Positions 39,435 to 50,216 of a stretch of 64,000 bases of DNA are shown here, piece by piece. Origin of the DNA: an uncultured Pirellulales bacterium (GTDB lineage: Bacteria > Planctomycetota > Phycisphaerae > Sedimentisphaerales > Anaerobacaceae); contig CAZBST010000007.1 in the NCBI GenBank assembly GCA_964494805.1, positions 44,493-108,492 of the forward strand, given 5' to 3'. Below the pieces are notes generated by a model. It ran no database searches. It was not told the DNA's origin and was given only the letters and a program-made list of their open reading frames with translations. A program made the translations under genes and the position numbers. Every line of letters starts with the position of its first letter. Within the stretch, counting starts at the first letter, position 1.

Positions 39435-40547
39435 ATGTCACTTAAAGAAATTTTCTGCCAGGAGAAGGCGCTTTCGATTCTGCAAAGAGGCTTTGCTGCA
39501 GACAAGATGCCCCACGCATACATTTTTGCTGGCGCAGAAGGCGTCGGCAAATTCAAGACCGCCCGCGAATGGGCCAAACTGCTTCTGTGCAAAAATCCGG
39601 TTACGGAAAATGATTTTGCCGACAGTTGCGGCGACTGTCAATCCTGCCGATTGTTCGAGGCTGGCTCACATCCGGATTTCAATCATATCTACAAAGAGCT
39701 GCTCGAATTTACAAAAGATAACAAGGACAAAAAAACGCCCGTCGCTTTGGCAATAGATGTCATTCGCGAATTTCTAATCGACAAAGTATCAACCAGGCCA
39801 ACCTTATCGCAAAGGAAGGTTTATGTCGTCAGCGAAGCCGAACGGCTGAACGCCTCATCACAAAACGCAATGCTGAAGGTTCTCGAAGAGCCGCCCGCAT
39901 ACTGCACAATTATCCTGCTGTGCACCCGAATGGAAAGACTTCTTCCCACTACCAAATCAAGATGCCGGATAATACGCTTCTCGCACATAGACTCGGAGAG
40001 GATAATCGACAAGCTGAAGGTGATGGGCCTGGATGAGAAAAAGGCCCAATACTTCGCGCATCTGGCTCAGGGCAGTTTAGGGCGGGGCTGTCAGTGGGCA
40101 CAGCTTGAACTGGCCGATGCAAACCTTTATCAAATCAAAAAAGAGCTGCTCAATTCCCTTTCAACATATAAATTGGCCGACTGCTTAGACCTGGCTGAAT
40201 GGCTTTTGGAAAAGAGCAAAAAAATCGCTGCCGCCTGGGAGGACATCGAGAAGACCACCAGTAAAACAGATATAAATCGCAGGGCACAGAAAACCCTTAT
40301 CCAAATAATCATATCGGCTCTGCACGATGCAATGAAACTAAACATTGCAGGGCCGCGTGGGCTTGTCAATTCCGACCAGAAGGAACAGATAAAAAGCATA
40401 GCCGAACGCTTCAGCCCCGAGCAGTCAGCAGAAAAAATCGCCGATGCCTACAAAACAATTCATTGGATTGAGTCCAGCGTCAACGAAAAGCTTATTGTCG
40501 AACAGCTGTTGTTAAATCTCGTAGTTTCTGATACAATAAAGGTTTAG
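39435..40547 (+). CDS. holB: DNA polymerase III delta-prime subunit
   Basis: HAYIFAGAEGVGKFKTA, a Cys cluster (CGDCQSCRL) and the SRC motif (TKSRCRI). Confidence 0.85.
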   Translation: MSLKEIFCQEKALSILQRGFAADKMPHAYIFAGAEGVGKFKTAREWAKLLLCKNPVTENDFADSCGDCQSCRLFEAGSHPDFNHIYKELLEFTKDNKDKKTPVALAIDVIREFLIDKVSTRPTLSQRKVYVVSEAERLNASSQNAMLKVLEEPPAYCTIILLCTRMERLLPTTKSRCRIIRFSHIDSERIIDKLKVMGLDEKKAQYFAHLAQGSLGRGCQWAQLELADANLYQIKKELLNSLSTYKLADCLDLAEWLLEKSKKIAAAWEDIEKTTSKTDINRRAQKTLIQIIISALHDAMKLNIAGPRGLVNSDQKEQIKSIAERFSPEQSAEKIADAYKTIHWIESSVNEKLIVEQLLLNLVVSDTIKV

Positions 40548-40584
40548 AAACAGCATCGCTAATGCGAATAATTAGGCAGTTTAA

Positions 40585-41562
40585 ATGGCAGATACCGCAG
40601 CAATAAAACTTAAGCAGGCAAAAAATAAAAAATATATGCTGGTCAGCTACGGCAGAATGAACACTCTCGGCTGGTTTGAGCACCACGAAACCAACATACC
40701 CAAAATGCCCAGCCGCGTCGTGGTAAAAACTGATAGAGGCCTCGAGCTGGGCCATATCGTAGGCCAATCCTGCCCTTATAGGGGAGGGCAATTCAAATTA
40801 AGCCAAGACCAGATTAAAAAATATTTCAGCGACAGCGAAATCGACCTTGTCGTCGAGGAGGCCGGAAAATTCATTCGTTACGCAACCGCCGATGATATAA
40901 GCGAAGAAAAGCACCTGCGTAAAATCTCGGAAGAAGAACTCAAGTGCTGCAGGCGTTTTGTTAAGGAATTGCACCTGCCGATGAAAATAATCGACGCAGA
41001 ACACATATTCGGCGGAGAGCGCCTCATCTTCTACTTTATGTCCGACGGCCGAGTGGATTTCCGCGAGCTGGTAAGAAAAATCGCACGTGAACACCAGACA
41101 AGAATCGAAATGCGCCAAATCGGCTCGCGAGACGAAGCCAAGCTGCTCGGCGATATAGAAAGCTGCGGACAGGAATGCTGCTGCATAAGGTTCCTTAAAG
41201 CACTGAAACCGGTCAATATGCGAATGGCCAAAATGCAAAAGGCAACACTTGACCCTTCAAAAATCTCCGGATACTGCGGCAGGCTTAAATGCTGCCTGCG
41301 ATATGAAGACAAAACTTACACCGAGCTTAAAAAGAATCTGCCGAGAAAGAACTCCATTGTAAAAACCAGATATGGCCAGGGGAAAGTCGTCGATACCCAA
41401 ATACTGACTCAGCTCGTTATGATAGAACACGACGACGGCACAAAAATCGCCGTCCCCGTCGAGGAGCTTAAGGTAATTTCCTCGCCAACCGTCGAAAAGG
41501 AAGAGCAAAGTGATGTTGCAAGCAGCGAAGGTCAGGACGACAAGGAAGATAAAAAGCAGTAG
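40585..41562 (+). CDS. PSP1-domain protein (YaaT/RicT-like)
   Basis: MRQIGSRDEAKLLGDIESCGQECCCIRFL...YCGRLKCCLRYE, in the conserved tmk-holB-PSP1-metG neighbourhood. Confidence 0.8.
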   Translation: MADTAAIKLKQAKNKKYMLVSYGRMNTLGWFEHHETNIPKMPSRVVVKTDRGLELGHIVGQSCPYRGGQFKLSQDQIKKYFSDSEIDLVVEEAGKFIRYATADDISEEKHLRKISEEELKCCRRFVKELHLPMKIIDAEHIFGGERLIFYFMSDGRVDFRELVRKIAREHQTRIEMRQIGSRDEAKLLGDIESCGQECCCIRFLKALKPVNMRMAKMQKATLDPSKISGYCGRLKCCLRYEDKTYTELKKNLPRKNSIVKTRYGQGKVVDTQILTQLVMIEHDDGTKIAVPVEELKVISSPTVEKEEQSDVASSEGQDDKEDKKQ

Positions 41563-41578
41563 TCGTTAAGGAAATGCT

Positions 41579-43579
41579 ATGCCCCGCAAAATTATTGTAA
41601 CATCTGCCCTACCATATGCAAACGGCCCGATACACATCGGACATCTTGTCGAATATCTTCAAACCGACATCTGGGTGCGCTTTCAAAAAATGTGCGGCAA
41701 CGAGTGCCTTTACTTCTGCGCCGATGACACCCACGGCACACCCGTTATGATAAGCGCAAAAGCCGCCGGCATTAGCCCTGAGCAGTTAATCGAGCAAATG
41801 CATAAAGAACACCAAACGGACTTCGACGGCTTCCTCGTGGAATTCGATAATTATTACACAACACACTCCCCGGAAAATAAAAACCTAAGCGAGCAAATTT
41901 TCAATTCGCTCAACAAAGCCGGTTCAATCGTCAAACGAAATGTCGAACAAGCCTACTGCGAGAACTGCAGAATGTTTTTGCCTGACAGGTATATTCGCGG
42001 CACCTGTCCCAGATGCGGTGCCGAGGACCAATACGGCGACTCCTGTGAGGTCTGCAGTGGAACACATCGGCCAACTGAACTGGTTAATCCCCAGTGTGCA
42101 ACTTGCGGAACCGAGCCCATCCGCAGGCAAAGTGAGCACTACTTTTTAAAAATCGCCGATTATGAGCAAAAACTCAAAGACCTTATCGCGGCAGGATATA
42201 CTGAAAAACCAGTGGCAAACAAACTCGATGAGTGGTTCAAAACAGGCTTGAAAGATTGGGACATTTCCAGGGACGGTCCCTACTTCGGCTTCAAAATCCC
42301 CGGGGAAGAAAACAAGTTTTTCTACGTCTGGCTGGACGCTCCTGTCGGATATATGGCTTCTGTAAAAAACTACTGTGACAAAAACGGTTTGGATTTCGAG
42401 ACACTCTGGAACAGCCCCGAATATGAGCTTTATCACTTCATTGGCAAAGACATTATGTACTTTCACGCGCTGTACTGGCCGACAATGCTTATGGAAGCTG
42501 GCTTCAAAACCGCAAATAAACTTTTCGTTCACGGCTTCCTGACCGTCAATGGCCAAAAAATGAGCAAATCGCGGGGAACTTTCATCAACGCGAGTACTTA
42601 TTTGAAGCATCTTAATCCCGAATGCCTGCGTTACTACTACGCGAGCAAGCTGACCGGAGGTATCGAAGATATAGATTTGAACACGGAAGATTTTATAAAC
42701 AAAATTAATTCCGATTTGGTCGGAAAACTTGCAAACCTTGCCTCACGTTCGGTTCCGATGATTACAAAGAATTTTGATGGCCAGCTTGGCCGATTAGACA
42801 GCCGGGGCGGAAATTTAATAAAAAAGCTCACTGCTGCAAAAAGGCAAATTATAGAAAACTATGAAAATTTGAACTATGCTGCTGCCGTCCGAACAATCGC
42901 CGCTCTGGCCGACGAGGCGAACCGATACGTCGAACAAAACCAGCCTTGGGTAACCGTAAAAACCGACCTCGAAAAAACGCAGACAACTCTTACGGCCATA
43001 ATCAACGCCTTCAAAGTCCTGACGATTTACTTAAAACCAATCCTTCCCCGTTACGCCGGGAAAGTGCAGGAATTTCTCAATGTCGGTGAAATGAAATTCG
43101 CAGATATTGAAACAGTATTGGAAAATCATAAAATAAAAGATTACCAGCGATTGATTGAAAGAATTGACGAAGAAAAGGTGAAAGCAATGGTAGAAGAAAC
43201 TAAGGAAACACAAGGTGCGCAGCCGAAGGCTGCTCCAGCCGAGCCGATTAAGCCGCAATGCACTATTGACGACTTCGCCAAGATTGATTTGCGAGTCGCC
43301 AAGGTTCTAAAGGCTGAAAAAGTTGCCGGTGCAGATAAACTTCTGCACCTCGAATTGGACATAGGAGGCATCACCAAAAACGTTTTTGCCGGCGTCGCAC
43401 AGACATACCAGCCCGAACAGCTTGTTGGTAAAATAGTTATTTGCGTTGCAAACCTCCAACCGCGAAAAATGAAATTCGGCATATCTGAAGGTATGATTCT
43501 GGCAAGCGGTAGCGGCGGAAAAGAGATTTTTATGCTCACAGTTGACCCCGGTGCAGAACCTGGACAGAGCGTACACTGA
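41579..43579 (+). CDS. metG: Methionine--tRNA ligase (with C-terminal tRNA-binding domain)
   Basis: 666 aa with YANGPIHIGHLVEY (HIGH), a zinc knuckle (CPRCGAEDQYGDSCEVC) and KMSKS. Confidence 0.95.
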   Translation: MPRKIIVTSALPYANGPIHIGHLVEYLQTDIWVRFQKMCGNECLYFCADDTHGTPVMISAKAAGISPEQLIEQMHKEHQTDFDGFLVEFDNYYTTHSPENKNLSEQIFNSLNKAGSIVKRNVEQAYCENCRMFLPDRYIRGTCPRCGAEDQYGDSCEVCSGTHRPTELVNPQCATCGTEPIRRQSEHYFLKIADYEQKLKDLIAAGYTEKPVANKLDEWFKTGLKDWDISRDGPYFGFKIPGEENKFFYVWLDAPVGYMASVKNYCDKNGLDFETLWNSPEYELYHFIGKDIMYFHALYWPTMLMEAGFKTANKLFVHGFLTVNGQKMSKSRGTFINASTYLKHLNPECLRYYYASKLTGGIEDIDLNTEDFINKINSDLVGKLANLASRSVPMITKNFDGQLGRLDSRGGNLIKKLTAAKRQIIENYENLNYAAAVRTIAALADEANRYVEQNQPWVTVKTDLEKTQTTLTAIINAFKVLTIYLKPILPRYAGKVQEFLNVGEMKFADIETVLENHKIKDYQRLIERIDEEKVKAMVEETKETQGAQPKAAPAEPIKPQCTIDDFAKIDLRVAKVLKAEKVAGADKLLHLELDIGGITKNVFAGVAQTYQPEQLVGKIVICVANLQPRKMKFGISEGMILASGSGGKEIFMLTVDPGAEPGQSVH

Positions 43580-43581
43580 AT

Positions 43582-43935
43582 ATGAAGAAAAAACTGGAAG
43601 AAATTGCCAGGGAAGATGGCCGATTCAGTGCAGCAGCACTGAAGTTCGTTTATGAAGGACTCGGTTATGCCGCGAAAAAAGCCACCACGGAACCACACCA
43701 CGTTACCGGCCAAGCCCTTTGTGAGGGATTAAAAAAATTAGCTGTCGAAAAATGGGGCAGACTGGCGATGCTCGTATTAAACAAATGGAAAATAAAAACG
43801 ACACACGATTTCGGCGAAATCGTTTATCTGATGATAAAACACGGATGGATGAGCGTTCAGCCGACCGACTCAATCGACGATTTTAACGATGTTTACGATT
43901 TCAAATCCGCATTCAAAGACCAGTTCAAATTCTAA
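43582..43935 (+). CDS. Conserved hypothetical protein
   Basis: 117-aa ORF starting 3 nt after metG. Globular-looking sequence (FVYEGLGY...HVTGQALCEGL...FGEIVYLMIKHGWM); no motif I can name with confidence. Confidence 0.5.
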   Translation: MKKKLEEIAREDGRFSAAALKFVYEGLGYAAKKATTEPHHVTGQALCEGLKKLAVEKWGRLAMLVLNKWKIKTTHDFGEIVYLMIKHGWMSVQPTDSIDDFNDVYDFKSAFKDQFKF

Positions 43936-44024
43936 CGGGGCAGACCGACATAATATTTGCTATTTCGAATTTGTATTCAAATAAACGAAATCACAGCGAA
44001 AATAAAAAAAAGAAAAAATTTTTG

Positions 44025-44053
44025 TTGCAGATTAAAATATAAATGAACATAAT
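44025..44053 (+). promoter_or_regulatory. Putative promoter TTGCAG-17-CATAAT
   Basis: ttgcag attaaaatataaatgaa cataat. Confidence 0.35.
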
Positions 44054-44127
44054 GCAGGACTAAGTCCCGTAAGGGATGCCTGCCTATGGCTTAGCCATTA
44101 CGGCATTACGAAGGACGAAGAACATAA

Positions 44128-44862
44128 ATGGGACCTGTATTGAATGCCCTTATAAAACTTCAAAGCGTTGAAAACCAGCTGCGGGCGGCAAAAGCAAAGC
44201 TTGCAAGATGCAGAAGAAATGTAATCATTCAGGAAAATAATGTCAGAAGCCTCCAAAATGCTTTAGAAGCCAAAAAAGAGGAGATTCAGCTAACCAAGGT
44301 CCAGTCCGACCGCCTCGAATTGGAACTGCGAACCAGAGAGGAAGAAATAGCCAAGTTAAGGGCCCATCTTAACGCCGCAAAAACAAACAAAGAATACGCC
44401 TCAGTCCTCACCCAGCTTAATACCACCAAGGCCGACAATTCCAAAATCGAAACCCAAATTCTGGAGCTGCTGAAGGACATCGAAGCCGACGAAACCGAAC
44501 GCCAAAACATCCAGAATCAGATAGACGAGCGGAAACAGGCGCTTGAGCAAACCCGAAAGGAATCTGAACTGATGGCAGCTAAATACGAGGCCGAAATCGA
44601 GGAAATCCAGGCTGAATGGGACAGGAAAACACAAGACATACCTGCCGAACCGCTGCGCATCTTTAAGCGCGTCGCAGAAACATACGATGGCGAAGCATTA
44701 GCAGTAGTTGAGAAACAGGAAGGCAAAACAGAGGCCTATAGCTGTGGTGGCTGCTTTATGGGTATCACCACAGAATCCGTCAATCTGCTCCTGTCTAAAG
44801 ATGATATAATCCGATGCCCAAGCTGCACGAGGATACTCGTAATTAGCGATTCGCAAGATTAA
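44128..44862 (+). CDS. Coiled-coil protein with a C-terminal C4 zinc ribbon (COG1579-like)
   Basis: 244 aa, long heptad-rich region, then CGGC...(18)...CPSC. Confidence 0.7.
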   Translation: MGPVLNALIKLQSVENQLRAAKAKLARCRRNVIIQENNVRSLQNALEAKKEEIQLTKVQSDRLELELRTREEEIAKLRAHLNAAKTNKEYASVLTQLNTTKADNSKIETQILELLKDIEADETERQNIQNQIDERKQALEQTRKESELMAAKYEAEIEEIQAEWDRKTQDIPAEPLRIFKRVAETYDGEALAVVEKQEGKTEAYSCGGCFMGITTESVNLLLSKDDIIRCPSCTRILVISDSQD

Positions 44863-44915
44863 TTTCGACGCTCGATTTTTTCTCTTTACGAGCACCCAGT
44901 ATAGGAGTTGGTAAA

Positions 44916-45989
44916 TTGCCTGAGCAAATTATCGTTTACACAGATGGCGGCAGCAGAGGCAACCCTGGCCCAGCCGCTGCCGGCTTCATCTTAGCCGACC
45001 CCAATGGAAACCAATTACAGGCCAAAGCTTTATTTCTCGGCCAAACCACAAACAACGTAGCCGAATATACTGCCATTATAAAAGCTCTCCAAGCCGCAAA
45101 GCAGATTGGCGCCAAACGGCTGACGGTTTTCAGTGACAGCGAACTGCTTGTAAAACAGGTTAACGGCCAATATAAAGTCAAAAGTGAGCAAATCCGACCG
45201 CTTTTCCAGCAAACCATCAATTTAATTAACGAATTTGAAGACTGCAAAGTCAAACACATCACCAGAGATAAAAACAAACAGGCCGACGAGCTTGTTAACC
45301 AGGCATTAAATCTCGAACAGGACATCGAATGCAAACCCCAAGCTGAACCGATGCCGGCAGCACAAAATAAAAAACCAATTCGACTCGGTGTTTTGATTAG
45401 CGGCGGCGGCACAACATTAATGAATATTCTCGAATATATAAATAAGGGCCGGCTAAACGCTGAAGTCGCTGTCCTAATAAGTTCGCTATCGACCGCAGCT
45501 GGCATTGAAAAAGCGAAAGCCGCCGGACTGGACGTAAAAATCATCCGTAAAAAAGACCATCCGAACATCGACAAGTTCAGCAAACACATCGAAGAAGAAC
45601 TCGTCGTTGCAAACGTCGACCTCGTCGTCCAGGGTGGCTGGCTCTGCCTGTGGAAAATACCGCCCCGATACGAAAACCGCGTGATGAATATACACCCAGC
45701 CCTGCTGCCGAGCTTCGGCGGAAAAGGTATGTGGGGACATCACGTCCACGAGGCGGTTCTCGCAGCAGGATGCAAAATAAGCGGTTGCACTGTGCATTTT
45801 TGCACGAATGAGTATGATAAAGGACCAATAATCGTTCAGCGGAGCTGCCCGGTCGAAAATGACGACAGTCCTGAAACGCTTGCCGCCAGAGTCTTTGAGC
45901 AGGAATGTATCGCATATCCGCAAGCCATAAAACTGTTCGCAGAAGATAAATTACTCATCCAAAACGGCACGGTAAAAATAAAATCATGA
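44916..45989 (+). CDS. purN: Fusion protein: RNase H (type 1-like) N-terminal domain plus phosphoribosylglycinamide formyltransferase (PurN) C-terminal domain
   Basis: N-terminal part: IIVYTDGGSRGNPGPAAAGF, NNVAEYTAI, VFSDSELLVKQ, NKQADELVN (a DEDD pattern). C-terminal part: IRLGVLISGGGTTLMNI, VMNIHPALLPSFGG, GCTVHFCTNEYDKGPIIVQ. TTG start. Confidence 0.8.
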   Translation: MPEQIIVYTDGGSRGNPGPAAAGFILADPNGNQLQAKALFLGQTTNNVAEYTAIIKALQAAKQIGAKRLTVFSDSELLVKQVNGQYKVKSEQIRPLFQQTINLINEFEDCKVKHITRDKNKQADELVNQALNLEQDIECKPQAEPMPAAQNKKPIRLGVLISGGGTTLMNILEYINKGRLNAEVAVLISSLSTAAGIEKAKAAGLDVKIIRKKDHPNIDKFSKHIEEELVVANVDLVVQGGWLCLWKIPPRYENRVMNIHPALLPSFGGKGMWGHHVHEAVLAAGCKISGCTVHFCTNEYDKGPIIVQRSCPVENDDSPETLAARVFEQECIAYPQAIKLFAEDKLLIQNGTVKIKS

Positions 45990-46029
45990 AGTGTTAACTG
46001 TCAACCGCACCCCAGCCGAAATACCAGAT

Positions 46030-46527
46030 ATGAACAGACGACAAAAAACCATATTAGGAAATACCGCAACTGTAATAGTTATTACGGCTATTGCCGTCGT
46101 GGCAATGATTAACCTCAAAAACTGGGTCAACCGTTCAGAAGCAACGCGTGCAATGGAAAATCTCGGCAGAATGGTCTCGCAGTATCGGGAGAAATACGGT
46201 TGTGTCCCTCCTGAATCCCATATCGATAGAATCAAAGAAGAATTAGAAGGGCACGTTCGACTCGGTAAAGTGATTTATAGGGCTCAATGGATTGATTTTG
46301 AATCAACGCCCGACGAAATTTTGGCTTATACCGAAAGGCCCTACAGTTCATGGTTGTTCGGCAAAAAACATATTATCCTTCGTCTTGGTGGCCGCGTAGA
46401 GTGGATGGATAAGCGAGAGTTCGAGACCCTGTTAGCCCAACAGCAAAGCTCCCAAGAACTTGAACTGCTGCACAAAAAGTTAAGGCACGTTTCACCGCCG
46501 TCTTCTAATCCCGTTTTCAGTCCGTAG
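46030..46527 (+). CDS. Membrane-anchored hypothetical protein
   Basis: Starts MNRRQKTILGNTATVIVITAIAVVAMI (single TM), followed by a soluble domain. Confidence 0.5.
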   Translation: MNRRQKTILGNTATVIVITAIAVVAMINLKNWVNRSEATRAMENLGRMVSQYREKYGCVPPESHIDRIKEELEGHVRLGKVIYRAQWIDFESTPDEILAYTERPYSSWLFGKKHIILRLGGRVEWMDKREFETLLAQQQSSQELELLHKKLRHVSPPSSNPVFSP

Positions 46528-46577
46528 ATGTCTTTTTTGTTGCAAAACCCAGCTTGAAAAGCCGACCTTAGCCCCTT

Positions 46578-49133
46578 TTATTGTGATTGTGCATCCGTCT
46601 CGGAAGGGTCAAGCCTCGACGGAACCGGTTGTTTGTTGTCTCCCGTAAGGGATGCCTCACGGCACTCATCCTCCTTTACCTTGAAACCCTCAAACTTCAG
46701 GTGCTCTTCGTCCTGCACGTCAATTTTTATCAACTTCTCACCCTTGAATCGTCCTTGCAGCAAACTTTCCGAGAGCGGGTCTTCTATATAATGCTCAATA
46801 GCTCGACGCAGCGGCCTTGCGCCGAATTCCGGATTGTAACCCTTGTCGATGAGAAATTCCTTTGCCTGCTCACTGAGTTCCAGCTTCAAACCGTGCTCAA
46901 TTAGACGCTTGAACACCTTTACAAGCTCGAATTCCACAATAACCTGCAGGTCCTCTCTGGTCAGTGCCTTTAGCACTATCACATCATCGAGTCGGTTCAG
47001 AAACTCGGGCCTAAAATGCCGCTCAACCTCTTTATGCAGCATATCTTTCATCTTCTCGTAGTTGGCCTCAGGGGTCTTCTTTCCGAACCCAAAACCGGAG
47101 CTGTTTTTAATCAGGTCCGCACCGATGTTACTGGTCATAATCAGGACAATGTTCTTAAAATCAACGTGTCTGCCGAAGCTGTCAGTCAATCTTCCCTCAT
47201 CCATAATCTGCAGCAGTATATTGTAAACATCAGCATGGGCCTTTTCGATTTCATCCAGCAGCAGGACGGCATACGGCCTTCTTCGAATTCTTTCGGTCAA
47301 TTGTCCTCCTTCTTCGTAACCGACATACCCTGGAGGAGCCCCAACCAATCTGCTGACATTATGCTTTTCCATAAATTCGCTCATATCAATCTGGATGAGT
47401 GAATTCTCGTCTCCGAACATAAACTCGGCGAGCGATTTGGCAAGCAGAGTTTTTCCGACCCCGCTTGGTCCAAGGAATATGAAGGAGCCCATCGGCCGAT
47501 TTGGGTCCTTTATTCCGCTTCTGGCACGTCTTACAGCTTTAGCAATAGCGTTAATGGCCTCGTCCTGCGAAACAACCCGCTTATGCAGCTCGGTTTCGAG
47601 CTCCAAAAGTCGCTGGGTTTCTTTCTTTTCCAGTCTGGTCAGTGGAACGCCTGTCATCTTGCTGACTACCTCTGCAATAATCTCGGTGTCCACCACGCCG
47701 GTTGTTTCTTTGTTCTCTTCATACCATTTTTTATGCAGGGCTGTCTTCTCAGTCAAAAGCTGCTGGGCCTCATCCCTCAATGCCGCTGCCCGTTCATAGT
47801 CGGCGCTTCGGACCGCCTCGTCCTTTTCCCTCTGCAGCTTCTCAATTTTTTCTTCGAGTTCAGTCAAATCCGGCGGCGGCGTCATATTCTTCAATCGCAC
47901 TCTTGCACCGGCCTCATCGACCACATCTATGGCCTTATCCGGCAGACACCGCCCGCTGATATATCTGCTCGACAGCTCCACCGCCTGATACAATGCCTCA
48001 TCGCTGAATCGCACCCTATGGTGTGCTTCATACCTGTCCTGCAGTCCCCTGAGAATTTCGAGCGTTTCATCTTTTGACGGCGATTCAACGATTATGGTCT
48101 GGAAACGTCTTTCGAGAGCTCCGTCCTTTTCGATATGTTTTCTGTACTCATCGAGCGTAGTAGCCCCAATACACTGCACCTCTCCGCGAGCCAGAGCCGG
48201 CTTTAGGACATTGGAGGCGTCTATGGCGCCCTCTGCACCGCCAGCCCCGACGAGCGTATGAAGCTCATCGATAAACAATACTACATTTTTGGCTCTGACA
48301 ACCTCGTTAATGACGGCCTTTATTCGTTCCTCGAATTGCCCACGGTACTTTGTTCCGGCGACCATCATAGCAAGGTCGAGTACCACTATACGCTTGTCTT
48401 TGAGAATTTCCGGCACTTGCTTATTAACAATCTGTTGTGACAGTCCCTCGACGATAGCAGTCTTTCCAACGCCAGCTTCACCGAGCAGGACAGGATTATT
48501 TTTCGTTCTTCTGCATAGAATCTGTATAAGCCGTTCGATTTCAGTTTTTCTGCCTATGACTGGGTCAAGCTCATCATTGGCGGCCAATTCAGTCAAGTCT
48601 CTGCCGAAAGAATCGAGCGCGGGGGTTTTGCTTTTTGGCTTACGGCCGATATGTGGCCCGAGCTTCATATCGAGGCCGGCCGGCGAGCCTTCTACGCCGG
48701 CCCCGAGTAAATTCAGGATTTCCTGCCGTACCTCTTCGAGTTTCAAACCAAGACTCAGCAGCACCTGAGCAGCAATACCTTCGCTTTCCCGCAGCAGCCC
48801 TAACAAGATATGTTCAGTGCCGACATAATTATGGTTAAGAGCTCTGGCCTCTTCAATGGCATACTCAATAACCTTTTTGGCCCTTGGACTCTGTGGAAGT
48901 TTGCCCATAGTAACCATATCCGGCCCGCTTTTGACATGTTTTTCGACCTCCAGGCGAAGCTTTTTTATATCGACATCAAAGTTCTTCAGGACGGTAGCGC
49001 CTACGCCGCTGCCTTCTTTAACCAGCCCCAGCAGAATATGTTCAGTGCCAATAACGTCGTGGTTAAAACGCTGAGCTTCCTGATTCGCCAGTGCCATAAC
49101 CTTGCGTGCACGGTCTGTAAAACGCTCAAACAT
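46578..49133 (-). CDS. clpC: ATP-dependent Clp protease ATP-binding subunit ClpC (class I AAA+)
   Basis: 851 aa with a double Clp-N repeat ([23 protein letters not shown]), two Walker A sites ([16 protein letters not shown]) and a UVR-like linker. Confidence 0.93.
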   Translation of the reverse strand: MFERFTDRARKVMALANQEAQRFNHDVIGTEHILLGLVKEGSGVGATVLKNFDVDIKKLRLEVEKHVKSGPDMVTMGKLPQSPRAKKVIEYAIEEARALNHNYVGTEHILLGLLRESEGIAAQVLLSLGLKLEEVRQEILNLLGAGVEGSPAGLDMKLGPHIGRKPKSKTPALDSFGRDLTELAANDELDPVIGRKTEIERLIQILCRRTKNNPVLLGEAGVGKTAIVEGLSQQIVNKQVPEILKDKRIVVLDLAMMVAGTKYRGQFEERIKAVINEVVRAKNVVLFIDELHTLVGAGGAEGAIDASNVLKPALARGEVQCIGATTLDEYRKHIEKDGALERRFQTIIVESPSKDETLEILRGLQDRYEAHHRVRFSDEALYQAVELSSRYISGRCLPDKAIDVVDEAGARVRLKNMTPPPDLTELEEKIEKLQREKDEAVRSADYERAAALRDEAQQLLTEKTALHKKWYEENKETTGVVDTEIIAEVVSKMTGVPLTRLEKKETQRLLELETELHKRVVSQDEAINAIAKAVRRARSGIKDPNRPMGSFIFLGPSGVGKTLLAKSLAEFMFGDENSLIQIDMSEFMEKHNVSRLVGAPPGYVGYEEGGQLTERIRRRPYAVLLLDEIEKAHADVYNILLQIMDEGRLTDSFGRHVDFKNIVLIMTSNIGADLIKNSSGFGFGKKTPEANYEKMKDMLHKEVERHFRPEFLNRLDDVIVLKALTREDLQVIVEFELVKVFKRLIEHGLKLELSEQAKEFLIDKGYNPEFGARPLRRAIEHYIEDPLSESLLQGRFKGEKLIKIDVQDEEHLKFEGFKVKEDECREASLTGDNKQPVPSRLDPSETDAQSQ

Positions 49134-49166
49134 CTTCAGTTACCTCAAAAATATCGCAAAATATTA

Positions 49167-49195
49167 ATTATAATGCATCTTAACCAGTTTGTCAA
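49167..49195 (-). promoter_or_regulatory. Consensus sigma70 promoter TTGACA-17-TATAAT upstream of clpC
   Basis: The minus strand reads ggtTTGACAaactggttaagatgcatTATAATtaat, about 30 nt upstream of ATG 49133. Confidence 0.6.
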
Positions 49196-49524
49196 ACCAT
49201 CAGGATATACTAAATCCCTCTCAAAACCACTGGCTTCCATCCTTTTATATGCCCCAAACCAAATTGATGTTCATTTGTCGGACTAATACTATTTTCCTTC
49301 CAGAGCTACGGCAAGGTTCCCGCCTTGACGAGCATTGCCAGTTTTATCGACAAAAATGGCGGTGGACTTTCCTTTTGATTGCCCGAAAACCCTCTTTAGA
49401 CACCAAAAAAGACCTTCCTAATTCACAAAACAGCCTTTTGGCAAAATAGAATTGATAACGGGCTTTACTAGGGATTTATTCAAACCCCTCGTACTTGGTG
49501 TGTATGTTTGATGCCTTTTGAATT

Positions 49525-49797
49525 CTATGTCGGCCCCTGGCCGTTATTTTCCCCAAGCATTTTTCTAAGGTACTCATTTTCCCGGCGGGTGGCTTCCAGG
49601 TCGAAAAGCTGATATTTAATACATACCCGCAAATAATCCAGCGACTCTTGCAGACTACTGACGCTTTTTTCAAGCTTCTTCTGGCTCTCGCTGGCTTGTT
49701 GGGCCAGCATAGCCAGCTTTCTATATTGTGAGTCGGCTGTCCCCCCGAATTCTTTGACCAGTTCTTTAAGCTTCTCTTGCAACTGTGCTTCGTCCAT
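49525..49797 (-). CDS. Small coiled-coil protein, unknown function
   Basis: 90 aa from MDEAQLQEKLKELVKEF, heptad-like throughout. The track start at 49833 is less likely. Confidence 0.45.
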   Translation of the reverse strand: MDEAQLQEKLKELVKEFGGTADSQYRKLAMLAQQASESQKKLEKSVSSLQESLDYLRVCIKYQLFDLEATRRENEYLRKMLGENNGQGPT

Positions 49798-50186
49798 CAC
49801 ATCATTCTCCCCAGAAAAGCTTCTTCCATTCAATCACCCTCTTACAGAATCTCCGAAGCCGTTTGTTCATAAATAATGCAAAATTCATACCAGGACGCAC
49901 CTAAATAAGCTGGCCGCAAAATTCCACCGCTCGACCCTATAAAAAGCATCTTAAAGCAGCTTGAAGTAACACCTTTAAGCATTATCCCGATGTATTGGGA
50001 CATAACCCCTATACGGATTAAAGCCCTGTGTGGCGAAAAATCGACGTTGCAGCCCTACCCGCATTGACTCACGAGGCGTAACGATTTCAACAAAAGATAG
50101 TTACACCGGCGTTGATTATTATAAACATCGCTGTTGATTTGCAGCGACAATTATGCCTAATCAGCCACATAAACAGCCTTTTTTAG

Positions 50187-50216
50187 TTGTAGTTTCCCTG
50201 TTAAAATGACTATAAT
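50187..50216 (+). promoter_or_regulatory. Putative promoter TTGTAG-18-TATAAT
   Basis: ttgtag tttccctgttaaaatgac tataat, followed by a leader hairpin at 50229-50270. Confidence 0.4.

Noticed and set aside
44066-44081. 16-mer cccgtaagggatgcct shared between 44066-44081 and 46642-46657
   Set aside because: About one chance 16-mer match is expected in 64 kb when both strands are considered. One copy is inside the clpC coding sequence, and similarity does not extend beyond the 16-mer.
49355-49380. ggaaagtcc on the minus strand, resembling the RNase P RNA GGAAAGUCC box
   Set aside because: The flanking sequence does not continue the RNase P conserved regions (no GAGGAAAGUCCGGGC context and no P4 partner). 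It lies in the clpC upstream region and is most likely chance.
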